Of a DNA stretch of 64,000 bases, positions 39,884-50,536 are shown piece by piece. Below the pieces are notes generated by a model. It did not search any database. It was not told the DNA's origin and worked only from the letters and a program-made list of their open reading frames with translations. The stretch covers positions 2,636-66,635 of the forward strand of contig JBDHYH010000004.1 in the NCBI GenBank assembly GCA_039811325.1, written 5' to 3'. Every line of letters begins with the position of its first letter. Within the stretch, counting starts at the first letter, position 1. The DNA is from Chitinophagaceae bacterium. GTDB taxonomy: Bacteria > Bacteroidota > Bacteroidia > Chitinophagales > Chitinophagaceae. The position numbers and the translations under genes are program-made.

Positions 39884-41694
39884 TGATGTCCTATTTGAAC
39901 CTTCCTTCTTTTAAACTATCAGGCCTTTTCCTGGGCCTGATAGTTTTAATGTCAGCTTGTACGAAGAAAGATTTTCACGTTAGTGATCAGACGAAACAGT
40001 CGTTACAAAATATTGTTGATAATGGAGTTTTGTTGAATTCAATTTCGGAAAAGGGAGGCGATTACATTTTTCATTTCGAAAACGGAGATGTGGAAATATC
40101 CAAGTCTGAGATAAAAAATATTGTACCTGTATCAGAAATATGGAAGACCACAATAACTTTTTCGGATGGCTCAGCAATGTCGATTCCGTCCAAAGGCGGT
40201 TCTCTGAGTTTTATCATCAAAGATGTTACATTGAATCCATCTGGTTACAATCCGCTTGCTGCACTTGTGGAAGTGGAATTACCAACATTTGGAAGGGTGA
40301 AGGTGACAGTACATGGAAAGAATGGAACGGTAGGAACCATTACTCATTTGTGTTCGAGCCAGACTCCTCATCAGAGCGTTCCCGTGTTTGGATTGTATGC
40401 AGATTATGAAAATAAAGTTGATCTGGCATTTACGGATAAGGATGGCCGTGAGCGTGGTACTACACAGATTACGATTCGCACAGGCCCATTGGTGGTGCAG
40501 GACTTACCAGAGATACAGGTTACAAAGGCTTTGTATGACAGGATGGAACCGGGAATCAATTTTGTAAATTATCCGGGAGCAAGTATGGTGGACGTGTCAA
40601 TGCCATACATGGTAGATGATGAAGGTGAAGTTCGTTGGATATTGCTTCTGAAGGCATCACCCGACCTGGGCAAAGTTTCTATTTCGACAGGCTTGTTTCG
40701 TACTCCAAAAGGAACACTGATTGCCGGAGATCAGCAATTGCAGCGAATCGTAGAATTTGACATGTTTGGAAATTTGTTACGTCAGTGGGACTTACAACAT
40801 TTAGGTTATACATTTCATCACGATATCAGTATAGCTGCCAATGGTAATTTTCTGATCACGGTAACCAAACCTGGCGCTAAGCTCAGCAATGGTCAACCTC
40901 GGGTTATGGATCACATTATTGAACTGGATACTGCAAGTGGCTCTCTTGTGAAAGAATGGGATTTGGCTAATATTGTTGATAGCTCACGCTACTTGAAACC
41001 AGACGGGATTACGCCACCTGCGTTTTCACAATCACCTAATAATTGGGCGCATAATAATGCCGTTTCCGAAATTGGGAATGACCTGTTAGCCAGCATGCGC
41101 TACCAGGGAATTATCAGTTTCTCGCATAGTGGTGCATTGCAATGGATCATATCGCCTCATAAATATTGGAGTGAAAAATACAAACCTTACCTGTTGAGCC
41201 CGGTGGATGAAAACGGGAACTTGATCACAGACAGTGATGTCATCAATGGCGATGCTTCCACAGATGCTTTTGACTGGTCGTGGGGGCCGCATGATCCCGT
41301 AACATTGTCGAATGACAGGATTTTAGTTTTTGATAACGGGTATAACCGAAGCTGGAAGCCTAATGCGCTCACCGTTAATAATAATTACAGCCGGGTTGTT
41401 GAATACAAAATAGACCGGGTTAAAATGACCGTACAGCAGGTTTGGTCTTATGGAAAAGAAAGAGGGCCACAGTGTTTTTCGCAGGCACTTTCTGGTGTAG
41501 AGTTATTGCCGAATACAGGAAATATCCTGTTTTGCCCGGGAATGGGTGTGCCTACTCAAAAAGGAGCCGGCGGCAGGGTGATTGAAATTGATCCCCTGAC
41601 AAAGGAGGTCGTATTTGAAATGGAGATATCTACTTCAAGCAATACAGCTTTTCATAGGGTAACACGTATGTCCTTATATCCGGACAGTCTTTAA
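39880..41694 (+). CDS. Aryl-sulfate sulfotransferase (ASST) family lipoprotein
   Basis: Lipobox MSAC; LNPSGYNPLAA and VPVFGLY Ig-like N-domain; FHHD, WAHNNA, WGPHD, VFDNG, YSRVVEY propeller motifs; ATGA overlap with the susD stop. Confidence 0.85.
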   Translation: MMMSYLNLPSFKLSGLFLGLIVLMSACTKKDFHVSDQTKQSLQNIVDNGVLLNSISEKGGDYIFHFENGDVEISKSEIKNIVPVSEIWKTTITFSDGSAMSIPSKGGSLSFIIKDVTLNPSGYNPLAALVEVELPTFGRVKVTVHGKNGTVGTITHLCSSQTPHQSVPVFGLYADYENKVDLAFTDKDGRERGTTQITIRTGPLVVQDLPEIQVTKALYDRMEPGINFVNYPGASMVDVSMPYMVDDEGEVRWILLLKASPDLGKVSISTGLFRTPKGTLIAGDQQLQRIVEFDMFGNLLRQWDLQHLGYTFHHDISIAANGNFLITVTKPGAKLSNGQPRVMDHIIELDTASGSLVKEWDLANIVDSSRYLKPDGITPPAFSQSPNNWAHNNAVSEIGNDLLASMRYQGIISFSHSGALQWIISPHKYWSEKYKPYLLSPVDENGNLITDSDVINGDASTDAFDWSWGPHDPVTLSNDRILVFDNGYNRSWKPNALTVNNNYSRVVEYKIDRVKMTVQQVWSYGKERGPQCFSQALSGVELLPNTGNILFCPGMGVPTQKGAGGRVIEIDPLTKEVVFEMEISTSSNTAFHRVTRMSLYPDSL

Positions 41695-41735
41695 AAAATT
41701 AATTACCACAAAATCATCTATCCACAATAAAACTT

Positions 41736-42947
41736 ATGGATACAAAATTCGAGCAACAATTGCAGAAGATGATCTCTGAGCAGGAGTACCTGCTGCATGT
41801 TAATAATGTTCCAGTGGGGCCTTACAATGGATTTGTGCAAAGATTTAAAAACCCCATTCTCACTCCGGCACATACTCCCTTGTTTTGGCGGTATGATATG
41901 AATATAGATTCCAACCCGTATTTGATAGAAAGGTTTGGGATCAATTCAATTTTCAATTCAGGGGCTATTAAATGGAATGGAAAATATTTGATCGTAGCGC
42001 GGGTTGAGGGATATGACAGGAAATCTTTTTTTGCTATTGCAGAAAGTGCAAACGGGATCGATCATTTCAAATTCTGGGAATACCCGGTTCAGCTTCCGGA
42101 TATCGATGAAAGAGAAACGAATGTGTATGACATGCGCCTTACAGCACATGAAGACGGATGGATATACGGCCTCTTCTGTTCTGAAAGAAAGAATGAAAAA
42201 ATTTCTGCAGAAGATCCATCGAATGCCATTGCTTCCACAGGGATTGTTCGTACTAAAGATTTTATTCATTGGGAACGTTTCCCAAATCTGAAAGCAAGAA
42301 GCCACCAGCGAAATGTAGTACTGCATCCTGAATTTGTAGATAATAAATATGCATTATACACCAGGCCGCAAGACGGTTTCATTGAGGCCGGGCAGGGTGG
42401 AGGCATATCATGGGCTTTGATCGATGACATTACAAATGCAGTGATCAGGAAAGAACAACTGGTAGATGGCCGGCAATATCATACGATTAAAGAAGCGAAG
42501 AATGGCGAAGGCCCTGCACCCATTAAGACATCCAAAGGGTGGCTGCATCTGGCTCACGGAGTCAGGCACTGTGCTGCCGGACTCCGCTATGTACTATACC
42601 TGTTTTTATCAGACCTGCATGAGCCTCAAAAAGTAATTGCCAGCCCTGCCGGGTATTTCATGGCTCCTGAGGGTGATGAGCGTGTAGGCGATGTGCCCAA
42701 TGTTTTATTTTCAAACGGTTGGATCGCCGATGATGATGGAAAAGTATTCATTTATTATGCTTCGTCAGATACACGCATGCATGTAGCTACATCCACTATC
42801 GAAAGATTATTGGATTACTGCCTGCATACAAAACCCGACGGATTGCGGTCAGAGAGTTCTGTAAATACTTTGACAGAAATCATTTCGAAAAACAATAAAC
42901 ATTTATCATTACATAAAAATAGTGCTCAGGTAGAGGTGAAAAAATAG
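41736..42947 (+). CDS. GH130 beta-mannoside phosphorylase (4-O-beta-mannosyl-glucose phosphorylase-like)
   Basis: FNSGAI, RVEGYDRKSFFA, YDMRLT, QRNVVLHPE, YTRPQDGFI, KNGEGP, AHGVR, ERVGDVPNVLF, YYASSDTR. Confidence 0.92.
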   Translation: MDTKFEQQLQKMISEQEYLLHVNNVPVGPYNGFVQRFKNPILTPAHTPLFWRYDMNIDSNPYLIERFGINSIFNSGAIKWNGKYLIVARVEGYDRKSFFAIAESANGIDHFKFWEYPVQLPDIDERETNVYDMRLTAHEDGWIYGLFCSERKNEKISAEDPSNAIASTGIVRTKDFIHWERFPNLKARSHQRNVVLHPEFVDNKYALYTRPQDGFIEAGQGGGISWALIDDITNAVIRKEQLVDGRQYHTIKEAKNGEGPAPIKTSKGWLHLAHGVRHCAAGLRYVLYLFLSDLHEPQKVIASPAGYFMAPEGDERVGDVPNVLFSNGWIADDDGKVFIYYASSDTRMHVATSTIERLLDYCLHTKPDGLRSESSVNTLTEIISKNNKHLSLHKNSAQVEVKK

Positions 42948-42993
42948 CGGAACCATAGCTTTGAGCCTATGCCTGAATCTTTAAACTGCATTT

Positions 42994-44427
42994 ATGAATG
43001 AAATTAAATTACGGGAAAAGATTGGATACGGTCTGGGTGATGCAGCATCTTCCATGTTTTGGAAGATATTCGGGATGTATGCTCTTTTCTTTTATACAGA
43101 TGTGCTGGGCATTACTGCCGCTGCTGCCGGCACCATGTTTCTCATCGCACGGGTTTGGGATTCTTTTTTTGATATTGGTGTAGGTATCATTACTGACCGC
43201 ACTAAAACGAAGTGGGGCAGTTACAGGCCATACCTGTTATGGTTTGCCGTTCCATTTGCTGTGATGGGCGCCTTCACGTTTTTTGTACCGGATTTCGGAA
43301 CCACAGGAAAACTCGTGTATGCATACCTGACATACTCGCTGATGATGATCGTTTATTCACTGATCAATGTGCCTTATGCTTCTTTGTTGGGTGTGATTTC
43401 ATCAGATTCTCAAGAGCGAAATGTTCTTTCTTCTTACAGAATGTCATTTGCATTTATCGGAAGCTTTGTTACGTTCATGCTGTTGCAGCCATTGGTGGAT
43501 GGATTTGCGAAAGCATTTGATAAAAGCAGTGTCAATACTATGGCAGATGCCTCAAAGGCAGCATCAGGTATCAGTACTGCACCTATTGGATGGACACTTG
43601 CAGTAGCCTCTATTGGGCTTTTGTGCACGATATTATTTTTCTTTTGTTTTAGATGGACTAAAGAAAGAGTAAAACCCGCAGTCACCAACGGTAACGAAGA
43701 GAAAGGAATGATAAAGAAAGACCTCGGCGCTTTGATGAAAAATTCACCGTGGTGGATTCTTGTGGCTACGGGCCTTGCGGCTTTATTATTTAATGCAGTC
43801 AGGGATGGTGTGGCTATTTATTATTTCAGAGATTATGTAAAGTTCGATTACATCATGCCGGTAACAGGCTGGGACATTACCACGATCTATTTTTTAGTAG
43901 GCCAGGCAGCGAATTTAATTGGAGTTATGATGGCACCGAAACTTTCGCTTAGATACGGCAAAAAAAGAACCTATATGATTTCAATGGCTATTGCCGGCAT
44001 TTTCAGTTTTGTATTTTTTGTTATTCCCAATCATATTGGCTGGATCATGATCATGCAAACGATCATATCCATGTGCGCAGGATACGTATTGCCATTGCTC
44101 TGGAGCATGTTTGCGGATATTGTGGACTATCATGAGTTAAGGACAGGGCGCAGGGTATCAGGTTTGATTTTCTCATCATCATCCATGTCTCAAAAGCTGG
44201 GATGGGCGCTGGGCTCTGCATTGACAGGATGGATATTGTTTGTGTTCAATTATAATAAAGATTTAATTCAGCAAAGCACTGATACCATCTTTGGAGAACG
44301 CCTTATGATTAGCATTTTGCCGGCACTTTGTTGCGTTCTTGCCGTTTTTGGAATGGCACTGTATCCCCTGTCAGAAGAGAAGGTTAAGGAGATCAGTTTG
44401 GAACTTGAAGAAAAGCGCAATACCTGA
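42994..44427 (+). CDS. GPH-family (MFS) sugar:cation symporter
   Basis: EKIGYGLGD, FFYTDV, DRTKTKWGSYRPY, INVPYASL, MFADIVDY. Confidence 0.93.
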   Translation: MNEIKLREKIGYGLGDAASSMFWKIFGMYALFFYTDVLGITAAAAGTMFLIARVWDSFFDIGVGIITDRTKTKWGSYRPYLLWFAVPFAVMGAFTFFVPDFGTTGKLVYAYLTYSLMMIVYSLINVPYASLLGVISSDSQERNVLSSYRMSFAFIGSFVTFMLLQPLVDGFAKAFDKSSVNTMADASKAASGISTAPIGWTLAVASIGLLCTILFFFCFRWTKERVKPAVTNGNEEKGMIKKDLGALMKNSPWWILVATGLAALLFNAVRDGVAIYYFRDYVKFDYIMPVTGWDITTIYFLVGQAANLIGVMMAPKLSLRYGKKRTYMISMAIAGIFSFVFFVIPNHIGWIMIMQTIISMCAGYVLPLLWSMFADIVDYHELRTGRRVSGLIFSSSSMSQKLGWALGSALTGWILFVFNYNKDLIQQSTDTIFGERLMISILPALCCVLAVFGMALYPLSEEKVKEISLELEEKRNT

Positions 44428-44651
44428 CAGAGGCTTTTTCGCCGTTAATATTTGATTGATACTTCGTAGCAGGATAAATGTATGTACTTATGATGCCTGG
44501 TGTAAGCATCATAATAATTTTACTGTCAAATCAAACAGTAGTTTTCCGAAAATTCATATTACTATTTTGAATGCAGTATTTAAACTAATAGTCAGTTCGC
44601 ATTTTTCCTTTTCTTTGTTCACGTTTTTGCAAATGAAAAACAGGTACCGTC

Positions 44652-46799
44652 ATGAAGTGCAAAAAAAATATTGCGACCTTGTTTCTGTTCCTGGTTTGTA
44701 CTACGTCAAACGCCCAGGAATTTTCTGCTGTTAAAGACCTTGTTGCAAGGCGTGTTCCCTGGTTGGTTAATAGTATTTCATTTTCTTCCATTCCAAATGA
44801 AAATGGCAAAGACGTTTTTGTTATTCAAACAAAAAATAAAAGGATTGAGATTGCTGCATCTGATGTGAACAGTGCTGCGAAGGCTTTAGGTTTTTTCCTG
44901 AAAAACTATTGCCAACGCTCTATGTCGAATATGGGCGACAATCTTGCTCCTGTTTCGGTGCTTCCCGTAATAGAAAAACCTGTCAAAGTAGTTGCCAATG
45001 CCGACATACGCTATGCGTTGAACTATTGTACTATTAGTTATACAATGGCCTTTTATAAATGGAAAGAGTGGGAGCATGAACTGGATTGGATGGCATTGAA
45101 TGGTGTGAACCTGGTGCTGGCGCCGGTAGGGGTAGAAATTGTTTGGCAGAACACGCTGCGAAAATTAGGATTTTCTGAAAAAGAAATTCTTCAATTTATT
45201 GCAGGCCCGGCTTACACTGCATGGTGGCTGATGGGAAACTTAGAAGGGTGGGGCGGCCCTGATACACAAGGTATCATCGATCAGCAAATGCATTTGCAAA
45301 AGAAAATTTTAGCAAGAATGAAGTCGTTGGGTATGCAACCGGTGATGCAGGGATTTTATGGAATGGTGCCCACTACATTAAAAGAAAAAGGATTTAACCT
45401 GCTGGAACAGGGCAGGTGGGCTGGCGGATTTCAGCGTCCCGCATTTGTCAGACCCGGGGATGACTTTAAAAGATTAACCGGGATCTATTATGAGGAGTTG
45501 AAAAAAATCTATGGAAGCGATCTGAAATATTTTGGCGGTGATCCATTTCACGAGGGTGCCAATTCGGGAGGTGTACATGTTGCGGATTATGGCAATTTGA
45601 TTCAGTTGGAAATGCAACAATATTTCCCCGGAAGTACATGGGTCTTGCAGGGATGGCAGAATAATCCTTCTACTCAGTTACTTTCCCGGCTTGATAAATC
45701 GAAAGTGCTGGTTCTGGAATTATTTGGAGAGAACACTGATAACTGGTACAGAAGAAAAGGATATGAAGGCACTCCATTTGTATGGTGCAGTGTTACCAAT
45801 TTTGGCGGAAATAGCGGACTGTATGGTAAACTGCAGCGCTTTGCCAATGAAGTGTATCGTGCCAATAACAGTGAGTATGCATCATTGATGAAAGGTGTAG
45901 GCATCATGCCCGAAGGGATTGACAACAATCCGGTGGTGTATGATTTTATTTTAGACCTGGCATGGCATCAGAAAAAGGTGGAAGCAAAAGAATGGATCAA
46001 ATCTTATGTAGAAGCGCGGTATGGAGTGGAGAATAAAAAGGTAGAAGAAGCATGGCAGATTTTCCTGCAAACTATTTACAGCAGTTTCGATAAAAACCAG
46101 GAGGGGCCGGGCGAATCTGTTTTTTGTGCGAGGCCTTCGTTAGATGTGAAGAGTGTTTCGAGTTGGGGCACACGGGCAAGAAACTATGATGTTGGTAAGT
46201 TTAAGGAAGGTGTGAAACTTTTTGTTTCGGCCGCGTCCGGGATGAAGAGCAGTGCTACCTACCAGATTGATAAAATTGATTTTGTAAGACAGGTACTGGC
46301 AAATGAAGGTGAGCAGGTATCTAAAGAAATGGTTGCAGCCTTTTGGAAGAGAGATCTTGATTTGTTTACAAAACAATCCGATTTGTTCTTATCCCTGATT
46401 CGAATGCAGGATTCGTTATTGAATGGCAACAAACATTTTCAATTGCATACCTGGCTTCAGCAAGCTGAAGATTTTGGTAATACACCTTCTGAGAAAAAAC
46501 TGGCGTTGAAAAATGCGAAGATGCAAATCACTTACTGGGGGCCAGATAACCGGGCTACTGATCTGCACGAATATGCAAATAAGGAGTGGAATGGATTGAT
46601 GAAAAATTTTTATTTGCCACGATGGGAAATGTTTGTGAAAGATTGTAAAGCGATACTCCAGGGCAAGCCTGGAGCGGAGCCAGATTATTTTTCGTTTGAA
46701 CAGAACTGGGCCGGCAAACAGGATTTGTATCCACCAATAAAGATATCTTCTGCCCAACAGGCGTCAATGATAAATCGGGTTCTAATGATGGATTTCTAA
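44652..46799 (+). CDS. Alpha-N-acetylglucosaminidase (GH89)
   Basis: RYALNYCTISY, ELDWMALNGVN, WWLMGNLEGWGGP, DPFHEG, NFGG, PEGIDNNP, LHEYANKEWNGL. Confidence 0.95.
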   Translation: MKCKKNIATLFLFLVCTTSNAQEFSAVKDLVARRVPWLVNSISFSSIPNENGKDVFVIQTKNKRIEIAASDVNSAAKALGFFLKNYCQRSMSNMGDNLAPVSVLPVIEKPVKVVANADIRYALNYCTISYTMAFYKWKEWEHELDWMALNGVNLVLAPVGVEIVWQNTLRKLGFSEKEILQFIAGPAYTAWWLMGNLEGWGGPDTQGIIDQQMHLQKKILARMKSLGMQPVMQGFYGMVPTTLKEKGFNLLEQGRWAGGFQRPAFVRPGDDFKRLTGIYYEELKKIYGSDLKYFGGDPFHEGANSGGVHVADYGNLIQLEMQQYFPGSTWVLQGWQNNPSTQLLSRLDKSKVLVLELFGENTDNWYRRKGYEGTPFVWCSVTNFGGNSGLYGKLQRFANEVYRANNSEYASLMKGVGIMPEGIDNNPVVYDFILDLAWHQKKVEAKEWIKSYVEARYGVENKKVEEAWQIFLQTIYSSFDKNQEGPGESVFCARPSLDVKSVSSWGTRARNYDVGKFKEGVKLFVSAASGMKSSATYQIDKIDFVRQVLANEGEQVSKEMVAAFWKRDLDLFTKQSDLFLSLIRMQDSLLNGNKHFQLHTWLQQAEDFGNTPSEKKLALKNAKMQITYWGPDNRATDLHEYANKEWNGLMKNFYLPRWEMFVKDCKAILQGKPGAEPDYFSFEQNWAGKQDLYPPIKISSAQQASMINRVLMMDF

Positions 46800-46880
46800 C
46801 AAAGTGTGTGGTATTTACTTTTTGTCAGAAAGTTTCAGGCTCTTAAATTTTAGACCTAAATTTGAGTAAACACTCACAAT

Positions 46881-47108
46881 ATGGCAAGCGTATTAGATAA
46901 AGAATTGATCAACTATTTTGTTAGACTCAGTGAACCTCAAAAGAAGTCTTTGCTCGCTATGATGAAGGCTTTTCTGAAAAATCCTAAAAATGCACATCAC
47001 GTCACGATTGAAGAATATAACCAGGAGTTGGATAAGGCTATGGCACGGATAGACAGGGGAGAATTTGTGACTTTAGAAGAACTGGAAAAAGAAATGAAGG
47101 AATGGTGA
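46881..47108 (+). CDS. Putative antitoxin
   Basis: Small protein overlapping the toxin start; EEYNQELDKAMARIDRGEFVTLEEL C-terminus typical of ParD-like partners. Confidence 0.7.
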   Translation: MASVLDKELINYFVRLSEPQKKSLLAMMKAFLKNPKNAHHVTIEEYNQELDKAMARIDRGEFVTLEELEKEMKEW

Positions 47109-47404
47109 CGAAGTTGAAAATCGTTATAGATGATGAAGCAAAGTCGACCTTGAAACAGGCCTATGAATATATTAAGAACGATTCATTGCAAAATGCAGAA
47201 AAAGTTCGCAAAGGAATATTGCAATCAATCAAATCCATAATACACAATCCGGAAAAATATCCTCCAGATAAATACCGAAGCAAAAATGATGGGTCTTACA
47301 GGGCTTATGAGATGTTTAGTTACAGAATAACATACCATATCCAGCCAACTGAAATTCGGGTAATAAGAATACGGCATACCAAAATGAATCCTAAAAAATA
47401 TTAA
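47102..47404 (+). CDS. Type II toxin, RelE/ParE family
   Basis: AKSTLKQAYEYIKNDS...NP..YP...YRITY...IRVIRIRH. Confidence 0.88.
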   Translation: MVTKLKIVIDDEAKSTLKQAYEYIKNDSLQNAEKVRKGILQSIKSIIHNPEKYPPDKYRSKNDGSYRAYEMFSYRITYHIQPTEIRVIRIRHTKMNPKKY

Positions 47405-47580
47405 ATCCAATTTTTTGAGATTTGAAGGCAATCGCAATGCCATTGGATATAAATTCTTACACTATATAACCGCCGTTTGGCTCCGACCAACGGCGGAAAG
47501 CAATCCTTTATAGGACATAAACTTCCAAAGGGAATACTTCAGCGTGACACCCTTGACCGTATGCTAATGATACGTTTTCC

Positions 47581-49038
47581 TCACCAAACAAAAGTACCTG
47601 CCGCGCCTCCCGGCAACGTCACTGTTGCTCTCTGTCCTTTAAACACAATATTAAATGACTGTTGATTGTCATTATCATTGATTACTACTAAAACCTTCTT
47701 CCCATCCGGCCTTATGAATGCTGCATTATAGATACCGCCGCCATTGTTGCTGGCCACTCTTACCGAACCGGGGACTACAAATTTAGAAGCGTGTGCCACT
47801 ATGTAATACCCTACATTTCTCGTGTATCCGGAAATGATAGTAATGCCGCCTTTGCAGGTAGTGCATCCTCCGGAGGTATGAATTGAAAAGTTTGGATCAC
47901 TGGCCAGGTTCCACTCCAGTGCATTGCGGCTCCAGTTGCGCATGGAGCCGATAATCACATTCTTGAGATGCCACCTTAAATCTCCTGCAAAGTTGCCATT
48001 GGATGGAGTGTATTGTTCAGTGAAGTAGATGTTTTTCTGCGGATAATAATTGTGTACATCCGAAAGTGCACTGATATCGCCACCATACAAATGGAATGCT
48101 GAACCGTCAACATATTTTCTTGCGTCAGCATCATCCAAAATAGTCAATGGATAGTCCGGTCTGTCTGCATTGTGATCATAAATAATAATTTTTGTCTTGA
48201 TCCCGGAATTCTCAAATGCCGGCCCTAAATGATTTTTGATAAAGTCTGCCTGCTCTGTCGCGGACATCAGCATGCTTGGATTATTGCCGCCATAGAGCGG
48301 TTCGTTTTGTGGTGTGATCGCATCTATCGTAATTCCTTCAGCCTTCATCGCCTGCACATATTTTACAAAGTATTGCGCATACACGCTGTAAAACTGTGGT
48401 AGCAAACTACCTCCGATAGAATTCTCATTACTCTTCATCCAAACGGGAGGTGTCCAGGGTGAACCTAATAATTTAATACCCGGACTGATCGCAAGAATTT
48501 TTTTTAATACAGGAATTACTTTGCTCTTATCTTTTCTCAAATCGAATTGATCGAGATTGGTATCCGTTTGCCCCGCAGGCATGTCATCATAGGTATAGAC
48601 AGATTCACTCAGGTCAGAAGCGCCAATACTGAGTCGCAGGTAGCTGATGCCAATATCTGTTTCATCTTTGCCAAATAATTCTTTGAGTAGTGCTGTTTGC
48701 ATCGCCGGTGGCAGGTCATCTATTAATTGTGCACTTCCGTCAGTCAACGTAAATCCAAATCCATCTACAGTTTGATAAGTCGTTGTGGTGTCAACTGTGA
48801 TATCCGGATAGCCATTGGTTCCACTCTTGAATTCAAGGGTAGCCGGTTGCTTTTGGAATAAGACAGTTTGATCCGTTTTCGTCAGGTAAAAGGTAACCGG
48901 AGTTCCTTTTACTACCGGAGTATCAGGTACTTCACCTCCTCCCTGGTTTGAACCTCCTTTTTCGCATTTGGCAAATCCAAAGACAAGCAATGCGCTGCAG
49001 ATGATGAGAGATAATATGAATCGTGGCAATGGTTTCAT
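47581..49038 (-). CDS. GH30 glycoside hydrolase (endo-beta-1,6-glucanase-like), probable lipoprotein
   Basis: DGFGFTLT, LRLSIGASD, SPWTPP, TPQNEP acid/base, YFTEQ nucleophile, EWNLA. Confidence 0.9.
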   Translation of the reverse strand: MKPLPRFILSLIICSALLVFGFAKCEKGGSNQGGGEVPDTPVVKGTPVTFYLTKTDQTVLFQKQPATLEFKSGTNGYPDITVDTTTTYQTVDGFGFTLTDGSAQLIDDLPPAMQTALLKELFGKDETDIGISYLRLSIGASDLSESVYTYDDMPAGQTDTNLDQFDLRKDKSKVIPVLKKILAISPGIKLLGSPWTPPVWMKSNENSIGGSLLPQFYSVYAQYFVKYVQAMKAEGITIDAITPQNEPLYGGNNPSMLMSATEQADFIKNHLGPAFENSGIKTKIIIYDHNADRPDYPLTILDDADARKYVDGSAFHLYGGDISALSDVHNYYPQKNIYFTEQYTPSNGNFAGDLRWHLKNVIIGSMRNWSRNALEWNLASDPNFSIHTSGGCTTCKGGITIISGYTRNVGYYIVAHASKFVVPGSVRVASNNGGGIYNAAFIRPDGKKVLVVINDNDNQQSFNIVFKGQRATVTLPGGAAGTFVW

Positions 49039-49051
49039 TGTGCCATCCTGT

Positions 49052-50497
49052 TTATTTTTTGAATACTAAGGTAGAGATTGAATGAGGAAGACTGATCGCG
49101 GGTGCCGATTGTTCATCCATCATCAGGTTGTAGTGAAGTGTCGAGTTACTATTATTCATTACCACCACAGCAATGGTACCATCAGGATTTTTAAAAGCGG
49201 TAGTGAGCAGATTGGTTCTGTTGCTTGATGCATTGATTCGCCTGGCGCCCGGCCTGATATACTTTGAAAAGTGACCGATGTAATAATAGGAGTTGGCAAA
49301 GAAAAGTTTATTACCTCTTATGGAATGAACGGGAGCGAAGCAATAATTCGCCACATGGTTGGGCCCTCCTTTTTCATCCAGCAAGATGTTCCAGTCTGTC
49401 CATGCAACAGTGCCGCTATTGAAATCATTGATCATAGACTTTCCATAAATTTCGCCTAACCTCCAGTTGTTCATGCTGTCTTTATTGAATGCATCGGCAC
49501 AACCTTCGGTAAAAATCAAATGCTTGTCAGGAAATGTTTCTTGCACCATTCTCTCATTATTGAATTGCATATCTCCTCCGGTCCAGGTCTCGTACCAGTG
49601 ATAGCCAATGCCCCAGACATACCTGGCCGCATCAGGATCGTTAAGAATTGTTGAGGCACGATGAAAGATCAGATCTCTGTTATGATCCCATGCAATTAAT
49701 TTTTTATCCTGCATACCATTGTTGAAAAGGGTAGGGCCTAAATAATTTTTAATAAAGTCCCTTTCTTCTGCTGCAGTGTAGATGCAGGACTCCCATTTTT
49801 GTACAGCCATTGGTTCGTTCTGTACCGACAATCCCCAAACAGGTATGCCTCTTTGTTCATAAGCCTCGATGAATTTGACATACATGTTTGCCCATGCCTG
49901 CCTGAATTCCGGCAGTAGTTTGCCTCCATGCAACATATCATTGTTGTCTTTCATCCAGGCCGGCGGCGACCAGGGACTTGCAAAGAGTGTCAGTTTCCCT
50001 GCTTCGTTCATAGCCTTTTTGATCAAGGGAATCTTGTATCTCTCATCGTGTGCTACAGAAAATGTTTTCAGTTCTTTGTCATTCTTTTGAACGTAGGAAT
50101 ATGAGCCGCTTGAGAAATCACAGCTTTGAATGTTTGTTCGCGCAAGCGTGTACCCGATACCGTTAGTAGAATCGTAGTAGGCCTTTAAAAATTCCTCCTG
50201 TAGTTTGGGAGTAAGTCTTGCAAATACTTCTGCTGAGGCATCAGTGATAGCGCCTCCTATGCCAACCATAGTCTGGAAGGTATGGCTGTCGTCCAGGAAA
50301 ATATAAATATTTTTTTCAGCCATAGGCGCAGATTCGCCAAATTTGCTCCCCTTTTGTTCTGTCAGCCGGAGTGAGGTACCTTTTGCTGTTGTAAAAATTC
50401 TGACAGGTGTATCATTCAGATATTGATGCTTTCCTGCAGAGTGCGGTAGCAGCCCCATTAGTATTGCAACGAAAAGCAGGTATGTAATTTTTATCAT
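49052..50497 (-). CDS. GH30 glycoside hydrolase (glucosylceramidase-like)
   Basis: GIGGAITDA, SCDFS, ASPWSPPAWMK, SVQNEP, FTEGC, WTDWN, GHFSKY. Confidence 0.92.
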   Translation of the reverse strand: MIKITYLLFVAILMGLLPHSAGKHQYLNDTPVRIFTTAKGTSLRLTEQKGSKFGESAPMAEKNIYIFLDDSHTFQTMVGIGGAITDASAEVFARLTPKLQEEFLKAYYDSTNGIGYTLARTNIQSCDFSSGSYSYVQKNDKELKTFSVAHDERYKIPLIKKAMNEAGKLTLFASPWSPPAWMKDNNDMLHGGKLLPEFRQAWANMYVKFIEAYEQRGIPVWGLSVQNEPMAVQKWESCIYTAAEERDFIKNYLGPTLFNNGMQDKKLIAWDHNRDLIFHRASTILNDPDAARYVWGIGYHWYETWTGGDMQFNNERMVQETFPDKHLIFTEGCADAFNKDSMNNWRLGEIYGKSMINDFNSGTVAWTDWNILLDEKGGPNHVANYCFAPVHSIRGNKLFFANSYYYIGHFSKYIRPGARRINASSNRTNLLTTAFKNPDGTIAVVVMNNSNSTLHYNLMMDEQSAPAISLPHSISTLVFKK

Positions 50498-50536
50498 TTT
50501 AGGTCATAATTTTTTACGGAAAAATATTTATGGGTT

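Noticed and set aside
33617-47580. PUL 1 as a tRNA-Lys-integrated genomic island
   Set aside because: No integrase, and I did not see a duplicated tRNA 3' end by eye; a BLASTN of 33670-33690 against the genome would settle it.
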